The notes under the pieces are model-generated. The model was not told the DNA's origin. It did no database searches and saw nothing but the letters and a program-made list of their open reading frames with translations. Of a stretch of DNA of 64,000 nt, positions 24,700 through 36,857 are shown in pieces (the first letter of the stretch is position 1; each line of letters opens with the position of its first letter). The translations under genes were made by a program, and so were the position numbers. The DNA comes from Squalus acanthias. Lineage: Eukaryota. The stretch is taken from NCBI GenBank assembly GCA_030390025.1, contig CM059431.1, forward strand, positions 140,370,001 through 140,434,000. The letters run 5' to 3'.

Positions 24700-25740
24700 T
24701 GAATGAATACTCTCCACTTGCCTGGATGAGTGCAGCTCCAACAACTCTCAATAAGCTCGAGAACATCCAGGACAAAGCAGCGCGCTTGATTGGCACCCCA
24801 TCCACCACGTTAAACATTCACTCCCTTCACCAATGGTGTACCGGAGCTTTGATCTGATCCTTTGATTGATACCCTCCATCACTTTGCTGATGATTGAGAG
24901 TAGACTGATGGGGCAGTAATTGACCGGGTTGGATTTGTCCGGTTTTTTTATGGACAGGACATACCTGGGCAGTTTTCCACATTGTCGGATAGATGCCTTT
25001 GTTGTAGCTGTACTGGAACAGCTTGGCGAGAGGCTCGGCTAGTTCTGGAGCACAAATCTTCAGCACGATAGCCCGCATGTTGTCGGGGCCCATAGCCTTT
25101 GCTATATCCAGTCTGCTCAGCCGTTTCTTGATATCACGTGGAGTGAATCGAATTGGCTGAAGAATGGCTTTTATGATGGTGGGGAATTCGGGAGTAGCCC
25201 GATGTGGATCTACCACTCGGCACATCTGGCTGAAGTTGGTTGCAAACGCTTCAGCCTTGTCTTTTGCACTCACGTGCTGGGCTCCGCCATCATTGATGAT
25301 GGGGATATTCTTGGAGCCTCCTCCTCCTGTTAGTTGTTTAATGGTCCAACATCATTCACGACTGGATGTTGCAGGACTGCAGAGCTTTGATCTGATCCGT
25401 TGATTGTGGGATCGCTTAGCCCTGTCTATAGCATGCTGCTTCCGCTTTTTAGCATGCATTTAGTCCTGTGTTGCAGCTTCCCCAGTTGGCACCTCCTTTT
25501 TAGGTATGCCTGATGCTGCTCCTGGCATGCTCTTCTACACTCCTTGTTGAACCAGGGTTGGTCCCCTGGCTTGGTGGCAATGGTAGAGTGAGGGATATGC
25601 CGGGCCATGTGGTTACAGATTTTTTGGAATACAATTCTGCTGCTGCTGATGGCCCACAGCGCCTCATGGATGCCCAGTTTTGGGCTGCTAGATCTGTTCT
25701 GAATCTATCCCATTTAGCACGGTGGTAGTGCCACACGACA
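24700..25740 (-). mobile_element. Fragments of the second LINE family (24850-25740 on -, short 24700-24835 piece on +)
   Basis: KAMGPDNMRAIVLKICAPELAEPLAKLFQYS, KPGDQPWFN; 24700-24835 is the reverse complement of sequence near 20500-20620. Confidence 0.8.
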
Positions 25741-26660
25741 CTTTGACCCCTAGTTCCTGACTCCACAGCCAGGGAAACATCTTCCCAGCATCTACCCTGT
25801 CAAGAACCTTAAGAATTTTCAACGTTTCAGTGAAAACACCTCTCATTTTTCTAAACTCTAGAGAATATAGGCCTAGTCTACTCAATCTCTCCTCATAAGA
25901 CAATACCCCCATCCCAGGAACCAGTATAGTGAGCCTCTGTGACAGCCCCTCTAAGGCAAGTATAACCTCCCTTGCGAAAGGAGACCAAAATTGTACACAG
26001 TACTCCAGGTGTGGTCTCAGCAAGGCCCTATATAATTGCAGTAAGACGTCTTTACTCTTACACCCTAATTATTTTGTAATAAAGGCGAACATAACATTTG
26101 CTTTCCTAATATATTGCTGTACCTGCATGTTAACTTTCTGTGGTTCCTGTACAAGACACCCATGTCACTCTGAACACAAACGTTTCCCAATCTCTCACCA
26201 TTTCAAAATATTCTGTTCTTCTATGTTTCCTACCTAAGAGGGTAACTTTACATTTCACCACGTTAGATTCCATCTGCCACATTCTTACTCAGTCACTGAA
26301 ACTGTCTATATCCCTTTGCAGTCTATTGTGTCCTCCTCACAACGTATTTCCCAACTAGCTTTTTATCGCTAACAAACTTGGATACATTCCAATAGGTCCC
26401 TTCATCTAAGTCATTAATATAGATTGTAATTAGTTGATGCCCAAGCACTGATCCTTGCGGTACCCGACTAGTTACAGCTTGCTAAATCGCAATTACCTGT
26501 TTATTCCTATTCACTATTTTATGTCCGTTAACCAATCCTCAGCCCATGCTAATATGTTACCACCAATCCCATGAGCCTAAATGTTGTGTAATAACCTTTA
26601 GTGTGGCACTTTATCGAATGCTTTTTGAAAATCGGAATCTACTCCATTCACTGGTGATTA
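25741..26660 (-). mobile_element. CR1 LINE 3' fragment
   Basis: RPHLEYCVQFWSP, SYEERLSRLGLYSLEFRKMRG. About 135 bp of it (near 26130-26267) is re-duplicated at about 26720-26857. Confidence 0.9.
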
Positions 26661-27237
26661 TGTCGCTGAAGACCAGCATATAGATGAGAAGTACGAGGGG
26701 AATGAACAAAGAAACATGTTAACTTGCTGTGGTTCCTGTACAAGACACCCATGTCACTCTGAACACAAACGTTTCCCAATCCCTCACCATTTAAAAATAT
26801 CCTGTTCTTCTATGTTTCCTACCTAAGAGGATAACTTTACATTTCACCACGTTAGATAGGAACTGCTAGTGGAAAAATGACCACAGTTCATCTAGTTCAC
26901 CTTCTACCATCCTGCTAGTCGCATGTTACATTAATACAGTTGTTTACTAATCATCGCAATCGATCTCTATCAATTAGTCTACAACATACCCAGTAAAGCC
27001 AAGAGTGAAACCAAAGTGACGCAGCGCTGTGTGGACCACTGTTTCAAAGTCACCAGTTCATCCGAAGCTTGCACACTTAGGTCATGTCTCAAATTATTCA
27101 TATACCGTTTCCTAAAATGTTACTTTCTGAGAGCAATCACTCTAATTTTCAGTTGAGTTAGTTATTTCTAACTTCTTCCACGGTCTTTCCAAGGAGCCTG
27201 TTCCAAAGATTGTTTATGATATTGTTTATATAGATTT

Positions 27238-27770
27238 TTATAGAATGTACAGCACAGGAACAGACCATACGGGCCGACTGGTCCATGTCGGTGTTTATGT
27301 TCCACACAAGCCTCCTCCCACCTCACTCACCTGAATCTATCAGCACACCCTTTTATTCCTTTATTTTCTTATGTACTTACCGAGCTTCCCCTTCAATGGA
27401 GCGACGTCACTTGCCACAACTAATCCTTGTAGTAGAGAATTCCACATTCTCACCACTCTCTTGTTGAATAAGTTTCTCCTGGACTCCCTCTTGGATTTAT
27501 TAGTGTCTATCTTATATTCATGGCCACTAGTTTTATTCTCCTCACAAGTGGGAATGTCTTCTCTTCGTTTACCCTATCAACCCAGTCATAATTTTAAAGA
27601 CTTCTATCAGGTCACCCGTCAGTACTCTCTTTTCTAGAGAAAAGTGCTGCGGATTGTTGAATCTTTCCTGACAGGTATAATCTCTCATTTCTGGTATAAA
27701 ACTTATAAATATCTTCTTCATCTCTTTCAGTGCCTCTATTTCCTTTTTATAACATGAAAATCAGAGTCCA
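27238..27770 (-). mobile_element. Old CR1-type 3' end fragment
   Basis: atagaatgtacagcacag...ccat tail; a related copy lies at 58055-58545. Confidence 0.6.
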
Positions 27771-27804
27771 GCCTCTGAACCACAGTGTATTTGGAGTGGG
27801 AGTT

Positions 27805-28232
27805 CATAGAATTGTAGAATCATAGAAAGTTACAGCACGGAAGGAGGCCATTTCGGCCCATCGTGTCCGCGCCGGCCAACAAAGAGCTATCCAGCCTAAT
27901 TCCACTTCCCATCTCTTGTTCCGTAGCCCTGCAGGTTAGAGCATCCTAAGTGCACATCCAAGTAATTTTTAATGTGCTTAGTTTTCCTGCCTCTACCACC
28001 CTTTCAGGCATTGAGTTCCAGACACCCAAAACTTTCTGGGTAAAGAAATTTCCACTCAAATCCTCTCTAAACCTTCCACCAATTACTTTAAATCTGTGCC
28101 CCCTGGAATTTGACCTCACTGCTGAGGGCAATAGGTCCTTTCTATCCACTTTATCTATGCCCCTCATAATGTTGTACACCTCAATAATGTCTCCCCTCAG
28201 CCTCCTCTGTTCCAAAGAAAACAGACCCAGCG
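27805..28232 (-). mobile_element. CR1 LINE 3' end
   Basis: EQRRLRGDIIEVYNIMRG...FFTQKVLGVWNSMP; catagaat-type tail. Confidence 0.9.
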
Positions 28233-28299
28233 AGTACTTCTAGTTCCAGAGGAGGATGTTTAACTCTAATGTAAGGATAGGTTGCCACTAATATTTGAG

Positions 28300-30465
28300 G
28301 AGAACGGTCAGTTACATTGTAAGTGTAGGGTAATACTCGTACCGTTGTAGCCTGTTCACATACACTGTAAGTGTAGGGTAATACTCGTACCGGTGTAGCA
28401 CTGACACCGCTAGTTTAAGTGTAGAAGTCCCACTAGTGTTGGAGGAGAATGTTCTACTCCTCTGTATGTTTAGCGAACCTGTAGTACCGAAGGAGTGCGC
28501 TCACCTCTCGTGTAAATATAGGCTGTCACGAGTACAGTAGGAGCACGGTCATCTCTACTGTAGGTGTAGGTTATAAATAGTACAGGAGGAGCACGGTCAT
28601 CACTACTGTAGGTGTAGGGTATAAATATTACAGGAGGAGCACGGTCATTTCTACTGTAGGTGTAGGATATAAATAGTACAGGAGGATCACGGTCATCTCT
28701 ACTGTAGGTGTAGGGTATAAATAGTACAGGAGGAGCATGGTCATCTCTACTGTAGGTGTAGGATATAAATAGTACAAGAGGAGCACGGTCATCTCTACTG
28801 TAGGTGTAGGGTATAAATAGTACAGGAGGAGCACGGTCATCTCTACTGTAGGTGTAGGGTATAAATAGTACAGGAGTAGCACGGTTATCTCTACTGTAGG
28901 TGTAGGTAATAAATAGTACAGGAGGAGCATTGTCATCTCTACTGTACGTGTTGGATATAAATAGTAAAAGAGGAGCACGGTCATCTCTACTGTAGGTGTA
29001 GGCTATAAATAGTACAGAGAAACATAGAAACATAGACGATAGGAGCAGGAGTAGGCCATTCGGCACTTCGAGCCTGCTCCGACATTTAAGGAGATCATGG
29101 CAGATCATACAAATTCAGTACCCTGTCCCTGCTTTCTACCCATATCCCTTGATCCCTTTAGCCTTAAGAAATATATCTAACTCTTTCTTGAATATATTTA
29201 ATGAATTGGCAACAACTGCCTGCTGTGGTAGAGAATTCCATAGGTTCACCACTCTCTGGGTGAAGAAATTCCTCCTCATCTCAGTTCTAAATGGCTTACC
29301 CCTTATCTTTAGACTGTGACCCCTAGTTCTGGACTCAGCCACCATCGGCAACATACTTCCTGCATCTTGTCTGTCTAGTCCTGTTAGAATTTTATAAGTT
29401 TCAATGAGATTACTTCTCATTCTTCTGAATTCTAGCGAATATAAGCCTAATCGACCCAATCTCTCTTCATACCTCATTCCAGCCATCCCAGGTATCAGCT
29501 GGTGAATTTTCGCTGCACTCCCTCCATGGCAAGAACATCCTTCCTCAGATAAGGCGACCAAAACTGCACACAATACTCAAGGTGTGGTCTCACCAAGGCC
29601 CTGTACAACTGCAGCAAGACATCCTTGCTCCTGTACTCGAATCCTCTCGCTATGAAGGCCAACATACCATTTGCCTTCTTAACCGCCTGCTGCAACTGCA
29701 TGCTTACCTTCAGCGACTGGTGCACAAGGAAACACAGGTCTCGTTGCACTTCCCCTTCTCCCAATCTATTGCCGTTCAGATAATAATCTGCCTTCCTGTT
29801 TTTGCCAACAAAGTGGATAACCTCGCATTTATCCAGATTATACTGCTTCTGCCATTCATCTGCCTAATCACCCAACCTGTCCAAATCATACTGGAGTTTC
29901 TCTGCATCCTCCTGACAGCACACACGCCCACCCAGCTTTGGGTCGTCTGCAAACTTGGAAATATTACATCTAGTTCCCTCGTCTAGATCATCAATATATA
30001 TAGTACAGGAGGAGCACGGTCATCTCTGCTGTAGGTGTAGGATATAAATAATACAGGAGGAGCATGTTCATCTCTACTGTAGGTGTAGGATATAAATAGT
30101 ACAGGAGGAGCACGGTCATCTCTACTGTAGGTGTAGGATATAAATAGTACAGGAGGAGCACGGTCAACTCTACTGTAGGTGTAGGGTGTAAATAGTACAT
30201 GAGGAGCACGGTCATCGCTACTGTAGGTGTAGGATATAAATAGTACAGGAGGAGCACGATGATCTCTATTGTAGGTGTAGCGTATAAATAGTAACGGAGG
30301 AGCGCGGTCATCTCTACTGTAGGTATAGGATATAAATACTACTGTCGGAGCACGTTCATCTCTACTGAAGATGTAGAATCTAAATAGTATATGAGGAGCA
30401 GTGTCAACTATAGTGTAAGTGTAGTTTGTCACTAGTAGTGGAGGAGCACGGTATCGTGTAGTGTA
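28300..30465 (-). repeat. 48-bp minisatellite interrupted by a CR1 (array resumes in degenerate form at about 35840-35930)
   Basis: Unit gtaggtgtagggtataaatagtacaggaggagcacggtcatctctact; reverse complement of the array at 52680-57450. Confidence 0.92.
29018..29995 (-). mobile_element. 5'-truncated CR1 inserted in the minisatellite
   Basis: LVRPHLEYCVQFWSPYLRKD, RLGLYSLEFRRMR; (gaaacata)n tail; tagtacag present on both sides (29010-29017, 30001-30008). Confidence 0.92.
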
Positions 30466-31805
30466 AATGTAAGAACTGCCAGAGACCTGACTCATAAATC
30501 TGAGTAGTATAAACAGCGAGGTTCGTGTGCAGTTTGTCACGGAGTGCACCTTGACATAAAGTGAACATATTGTGAGTTCGGTAAGTGTGGGAGTTTGGTG
30601 AAGTGGGGGAGGGAGGTGCTGCTTTGCCTTGCTTTTCCTAACCTCTCCCGCAGAGTGGCGGCGGACCTGAGCGGGAGCGGACCGAGGCCCGAGAGCGGGG
30701 TAAAAGCAGCAGCAAACCTGCAACTGCAAGAGAAAACGGCAGTGTGACGTCACATAAGGCAGGTAAGTGATTGGTTGTGACTTTGGGCTAACGTTTAATT
30801 TAACATATAGCATATAACTAAATTTTAAAAACGGAGCTTAATTTAACTAATTTATTAAATTAAGCAAGGAAATTACTTTGATTACCTCTAAACTATTGAA
30901 TTAAATAAATTAAATAATGGGAGGAAAGGAGATGTGTTGCTGCTGCAATATATGGGAGCTTGTGGACATTTATGTCCACGGCGATTACATCTGTGGTAAG
31001 TGTCTGCGGCTCGAGGAACTTCGTCTCCGATTTGAGGAGATGGAGTAAGAGCTGTAGACATTGCGAGACATCAGGGAGGGAGAAAGTTACATGGACTTTT
31101 GCTCCAGGAGGCAGCCCCTTAGACTAAATACTTTAGAATTGACACGTGGTCAGGGACAGGAGTGTGTGACTGCGAGTGAGGCAGGTACTGGGATCCAGGA
31201 GGTAGTATTGCTGGAGCCTCAGTCCCTGCACTTGTCCAATAGATTCAAGGTTCTTGCAACTCTTGTGGAGCAGTGCGGGGACTGCAGGGAGGACGCGCAA
31301 ACTAGCCACTGCACCGTGGTACAGTTAGTCGTTCAAGTGGGGCGGAGTAAAAATGAAGGTGGTTGTTGTTGTCGACAGTATATTTAGGGGGATAGACACT
31401 ATTCTCTGCAGCCAGGAGCGTGAGACCCGAAGGCTATGTTGCCTACCTTCTGCCAGGGTAAAGGGCATCTCCTGCGGGCTGGAGAAGCACTTCGAGTGGG
31501 AGGGGGACGATCCAGTTGTCATGTTCCACGTAGGTACCAACGACATATGAAGGGCTAAGAAAGGTGTTCTACAGAGAGACTTTGAGCAGCTAGGGACTAA
31601 ATTAAATAACAGGACCACAAAGATAATAATCTCTGGATTATTACCTCAGCCAGGAGCAAATTGACATAGGGCCAACAGGATCAGAGAGATGAGTGCGTGG
31701 CTCAAAGATTGGTGTGGGAGAAGTGGGTTTCGATTCGTGGGGCACAAGCACCAGTACTGGGGAAAGAGAGAGCTGTTCCGTTGGGACGGACTGCACATGA
31801 ACCAT

Positions 31806-32833
31806 CCCCTCCCTCCCGGAACCACAATAGAGTTCCCCTTGTCCTCACCTTTTACCCCACCAGCGATCGCATTCAACGGATCATCCTCCGCCATTTCCGC
31901 CACCTCCAGCGTGATCCCACCACCAAACGCATCTTCCCCTCATCTCCCCTTTCAGCATTCCGCAGGGACCGCTCCCTCCGCGACACCCTAGTCCACTCCT
32001 CTACCACCCCCAGCACCCCTTCCCCTTCGCCTGGCACCTTCCCGTGCAAGCGCAGGAGATGCAACACATGCCATTATATCTCCCCCCTTCCCACTGTCCA
32101 GGGCCCCAAACACCCCTTCCAGGTTAAACAGTGATTGACTTGTACTTCCTGCAATTTAGTATACTGTATTCGCTGCTCACGATGTGGTCTCCTCTATATT
32201 GGGGAGACCAAACGCAGATTGGGTGAACGCTTTGCGGAACACCTCCGTTCAGTCTGTAAGGGGGACCCCGAGCTCCCGGTGGCCTGTCACTTTAATTCAC
32301 CGCTTCACTCCCACTCTGACCTCACCGTCCTCGGCCTATTACACTGTTCCACGGAAGCGCAGCGTAAGCTCGATGAACAGCACCTCATCTTTCGTTTAGG
32401 CATCGACAGCCCTCTGGACTCAACATCGAATTCAAAAATGTTAGATCATAACCTCGTCCCCTATCACATTTATATTTTATTTTTACATCCACCCTTTTGT
32501 TTGGCTCACCCCTTTTTTTTTCCTCCCAGAATCTGGCAGCTGTCCTTCATTCTGCCAGTGCATTTCACACTTCATTTAGCCTCAACCTGTTACATCAATA
32601 CCTCCTCTTGCCTTGATTATCTCTTAATGTCTCTCACTGTCTCTTAATCTCTCCTTTTGTTCTTTCATGCCCTTCCCCTTTTCACAGCTTTATACTTGCT
32701 TGAAATCTAATTCATTTCCTGATTTTTTTCCAGTTCTGACGAAAGGTCTTCGACCTGAAACGTTAACTCTGTTTCTCTCTTCACGGATGCTGCCTGGCCT
32801 GCTGAGTTTTTCCAGCGTTTTCTGTTGTTATTA
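31806..32833 (+). mobile_element. Penelope-like element (family A) nested in CR1 ORF1
   Basis: RVPLVLTFYP, PCKRRRCNTC, NLVYCIRCSRCGLLYIGETKRRLGERFAEH (GIY-YIG); flanked by cacatgaaccat / cacttgaaccat (31794-31805, 32834-32845). Confidence 0.92.
32732..32768 (+). ncRNA. Minimal type I hammerhead ribozyme motif (Penelope family A 3' end)
   Basis: AGTT-CTGACGA-A-AGGTC-ttc-GACCT-GAAA-CG-T-T-AACT: stem I AGTT/AACT, 5-bp stem II, palindromic AACGTT stem III. Confidence 0.72.
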
Positions 32834-35800
32834 CACTTGAACCATGCTGGGACCAGAGTTCTAGCGAATCGAATAACGAGGGAGGTAGATAGGGCTTTAA
32901 ATAAATTAGGTGGGGCGGTCACGGTGGAGAGAAATCTAGAATGCTAAAGAGAAAAGACAAGGAAGCAGTGCAGGAACGGGAATGGGGTAAGGATAACCAG
33001 ATTGTGTCAGGAAGGGACAGAGCGTAGAAACAAAAGAGTGCACTAACAAATAGGGTCCTGGTAAGAAAAAAAGGGAAGACAAATAGGGCCATAGTGCCAA
33101 AAAATCTTTGATGTCTAAAAATGTTAAAAAGACAAATCTAAAGGCACTGTATCTGAATGCACGAAGCATTCGTAATAAGGTAGAAGAATTAACAGCGCAA
33201 CTAGATATAACTGCAATTATGGAGACATGGCTGCAGGATATTCCATATTTAGGAAGGACAGTCAAAAAAGGAAAAGGAGGTGGGTCGGCGTTGTTCGTAA
33301 AGGATGAAATCAGAGCAATAGAGAGAAATGATATTGGCTCAGAAAATTAAGATGTAGAATTACACAAGGTGGAGCCAAAAAGCACCAAGGGGCAGAACAC
33401 TTTGGTGAGAGTTGTATGAAGGCCTCCAAACAGTAGTGGTAATGCAGGGGACGGTATCAAACAGGAAATTAGAGATACAGGTAACAAGCGTACTGCAGTA
33501 ATCATGGGTGTCTTTAGCCTACATATAGACTGGCCAAAGCAAATTTGCAATTATACTGTGGAGGATGAATTCCTGGACTGTGTACGAGATTTTTTTTATT
33601 CCAGTACGATGAGGAGCCATCTAGTGAACAGGTAATCCTAGATTGGACATTGTGCAATGAGAAGTGGTTAATTAATAATTTTGTTGTGCGGGGTCCTTTC
33701 GGGAAGAGTGACCATAACATGAATGAATTCCTCATTAGGATGGAAAGTGAAGTAGTCCAATTTGAAACAGTGTCCTAAATCTAAACAAAGGAAACAAGGA
33801 AGATATGAGGAGTGAGTTGGCTATGATAGATTGGGGAGCTTCCTTAAAAGGCATGACGGTGGATAGACAATGGCTAACTTTTAAGGAACGAATGCATGAG
33901 TTGCAACAGTTATACATTCCTTTCAGGTGCAAAAACACAAAAGGAAAAGCGGCCCAACCATGGCTAACAAAACAAATTAAGGATAGTATTAGATACAAAG
34001 AGGAGTCATATAAAGTTGCCAGAAAAAGTAGCAACCCTGAGGATTGGGAGCTTTTTAGAATTCAGCAAAAAAGGACCAAGAGATTGATTAAGAGGGGAAA
34101 AATAAAGTATGAGAGTATGCTGTCAAGGAACATAAAAGCGGCTTCTACAAGTATGTAAAAAGAAAAAGATTAGTGAAGACAAATGTAGGTCCCTTGCACT
34201 CAGAAACGGGAGAATGTATAATGGGGAACAAGGAAATGACAGAGCAATTAATCAAATACTTTGGTTCTTTCCTCACGGTAGAGGACACAAATAACTTCCC
34301 AGAAATGCTAAGGAACCAAGGGTCTAGTGAGAAGGAGGAATTAAAGGAAATTAGTATCAGTAAAAAAATAGTGTTGGAGAAATTAATGGTACTGAAAGCC
34401 GATAAATCCCCCGGGCCTGATAATCTGCATTCCAGAGTAATAAAAGAGGTAGCCATGGAAATAGTGGAGGCATTGGATATCATCTTCAAAAATTCTAAAG
34501 ATTATGGAACAGTTCCTGCAGACTGGAGAGTGGCAAATGTAACCCCAGAATTTAAAAAATGAGCGAGTGAGAAATTAGGGAACCACAGACCGGTTAGCCA
34601 AACATCAGTAGTAGGGAAAATGCTAGAGTCTATTATCAAGGATATGGTAACAGGACACTTAGAAAATTTCAACGGGATTTGACAAAGTCATCATGGATTT
34701 ATGAAAGGGAAATCGTGTTTGACAAACCCACTGGAGTTTTTGAGGATGTAACTGTTAGAGTAGATAAGGGAGAGCCAGTTGATGTGGTGTATTATGATTT
34801 TCAGAAGGCCTTTGAAAAACTCCCACATAAGAGGTTAGTGTGCAAAATGAAAGCACATCGGATTGGGGATAATATACTGGCATGGATTGAAAATGTGTTA
34901 ACTGACAGGAAACAGAGAGTAGGAACGAATGTGTCTTTTTCAGGGTGTCAGGCGGTGATAAGTGGGGTACCGCAGGGATCAGTGAGTGGGCAAATACATT
35001 GCAGATGCAGTATAAAATGGAGAAATGTGTACTTATCCACTTCGGTAGGAAAAACAGACAGGCAGACTATTATTTAAATGGTGATAGATTGGGAAATGTT
35101 GATGTTAAAAAGGACCTGGCAGTCCTTATACGCCAGTCACTGAAAGCAAACATGCAGGTGCAGCAATCAGTTAGGAAGGCAAATGGTATGTTGGCCTTCA
35201 TTGCAAGAGGATTAGAGACAGGAGCCAGGATTTCTGAATACAGTTATACAGGGCTTTGGTGAGACCCCACCTGGAGTACTGTTTGCAGTTTTGGTCTCCT
35301 TACCTAAGAAAGGATATACTTGCCTTAGAGGGAGTGCAGCGAAGGTTCACCAGACTGATTCCTGGGATTGCAGGACTTTCGTATGAGGAGAGACTATATC
35401 GAATAGACTTGTATTCATTAGATTTTAGAAGAATGAGAGGGGATCTCATTGAAACGGATAAAATTCTGACAGGGCTATACAGACTGGATGCAGGGAGGAT
35501 GTTTCCCCTGGCTGGGTGATCTAGAACGGTTGTTCACATTCTCAGGATACGGGGTAGGATATTTAGGACTGCGATGAGGCGAAATTTCATCATTCAGAGG
35601 GTGGTGAACCTGACGAATTCTCTACCACAGATGGCTGTGGAGGCCAAGTCACTGGATATATTTGAGAAGGAGATCGATAGATTGCAGACACAAAAGGCTT
35701 CAAGGGGTATGGGGAGAGACCGGGAATATGGTATTGAGATAAAGGATTAACCATGATCATATTGAATGGCGGAGCAGGCTCGAAGGGCCGAAGGGCCTAC

Positions 35801-36229
35801 TCCTGCTCCAATTTATCTAAGTTTCTATGTTTCTATGTAGGTTATGATTAGTAGTGAAGGAGCAGGTTCACGTCTATTGTAAGTTTTGCAAGCTACTATT
35901 ACCAGAGGAACAAGGTCATCTCTAATGCTGCAGGACTGTTTCATATATTACTGGATTTGTTTCACCGCCTGTTCTAGAGGAGTTGGAGCACTAGGAGTCA
36001 GTGAAGGGCTGGGTCAGGCCGATGACTGCCATTGTAGCTGCTTCCACCAGTTCTGCTGGAATACGGTCAGCTCCATTATTGGGTTATTCCAGTTTCCATT
36101 TGTAAAGAATGTTTGTATTGTGTGTGTTTTTAAAACTGTACAATAACAATTTCATTAATTTCTCTTAATCTGAATTAACAGTCAAAAAAAAACAACTTAC
36201 CTCAGTCTATTTGTTAAATGACTGTAACT

Positions 36230-36366
36230 AATTCCAATTATGAGTTAATTTGATGAACTCCCTGGCGGATTGATGTGTGGATAAATATAGCTTGCCCTCT
36301 ATTGTCTCAGTCGTGCGCCAGTCAGAATCTTTCATCTCCTATAGAATTCATCCATTCTCACTGAAA
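36230..36366 (+). promoter_or_regulatory. Putative proximal promoter/5' UTR of GPCR paralogue 1
   Basis: TATA-like gataaatatag near 36280 and surrounding sequence conserved with 52236-52370 (-). Confidence 0.45.
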
Positions 36367-36436
36367 ATGGGGCGACCAGCTATACTGCTGATAAAAGAGA
36401 TTTACTACCCGATTCTCGCAGCTTTCGGTGTCCCCG
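36367..36436 (+). CDS. GPR139/GPR142-like class A GPCR paralogue 1, exon 1
   Basis: aaaATGG start; MGRPAILLIKEIYYPILAAFGVP; donor G|gtgagc; phase 1 matches exon 2. Confidence 0.88.
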
Positions 36437-36857
36437 GTGAGCCATAGTAACCTGCTTGTTGTTAATCGGTGTTAACCGTCTCACTGTTCAAATCGCATGT
36501 TGGGTAAGGTAACAGTTTTACAGATGTCAGCATGACACAGTGAACCGCATGTCTGCACTTTCCACGTCCCCCTTAATACCATAACATTACTGATGTGATA
36601 ATGTTTTTGAAGTTCCAACACAATGATTTTAGCGGATTTCCGGACCGTCTTGTCACCCCGTGCAGAGTGAGCGCTGCAGCAGCTCATTAAAATGTGTGGT
36701 TGGGTTTCCCAGGTAATGGCTCCAATACTAATCCTGTTCTCACACTGCTCCGTGTTGATAATCACACTGAATGGAGTAAAATGCTCTCCACAGGTATCTA
36801 CATATATATTTCAATCAGATACTGGAACATTATTTCTCTCCTCTCTCTTTCTTACAG

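Larger units (their letters stand above)
30480..35838 (+). mobile_element. Near full-length decayed CR1 LINE (5' UTR, ORF1, ORF2, tail)
   Basis: ORF1 Cys motif (YICGKCLRLEELR) and SGNH-esterase blocks (VVDSIFRG, CCLPSARV, HVGTNDI, WDGLH); ORF2 LYLNARSIRNK, KSPGPDNLH, DFQKAFEK, SGVPQGS, RPHLEYC; (ttctatgt)n tail. Confidence 0.93.

Noticed and set aside
29983..30813. 276-aa and similar [17 protein letters not shown] ORFs (also 28470-29108 and 53625-53840)
   Set aside because: 48-bp minisatellite read-through; related arrays have 47- and 49-bp units that break the frame.
31697..32134. Apparent esterase-Penelope fusion protein
   Set aside because: Chance read-through across an insertion junction in a CR1 ORF1 that already carries stops and frameshifts.
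36692..36857. N-terminal 55 aa of the 361-aa ORF as GPCR sequence
   Set aside because: Intronic: there is a strong acceptor at 36857, the frame is not kept in the paralogue, and a conserved 70-bp exon 1 lies upstream.
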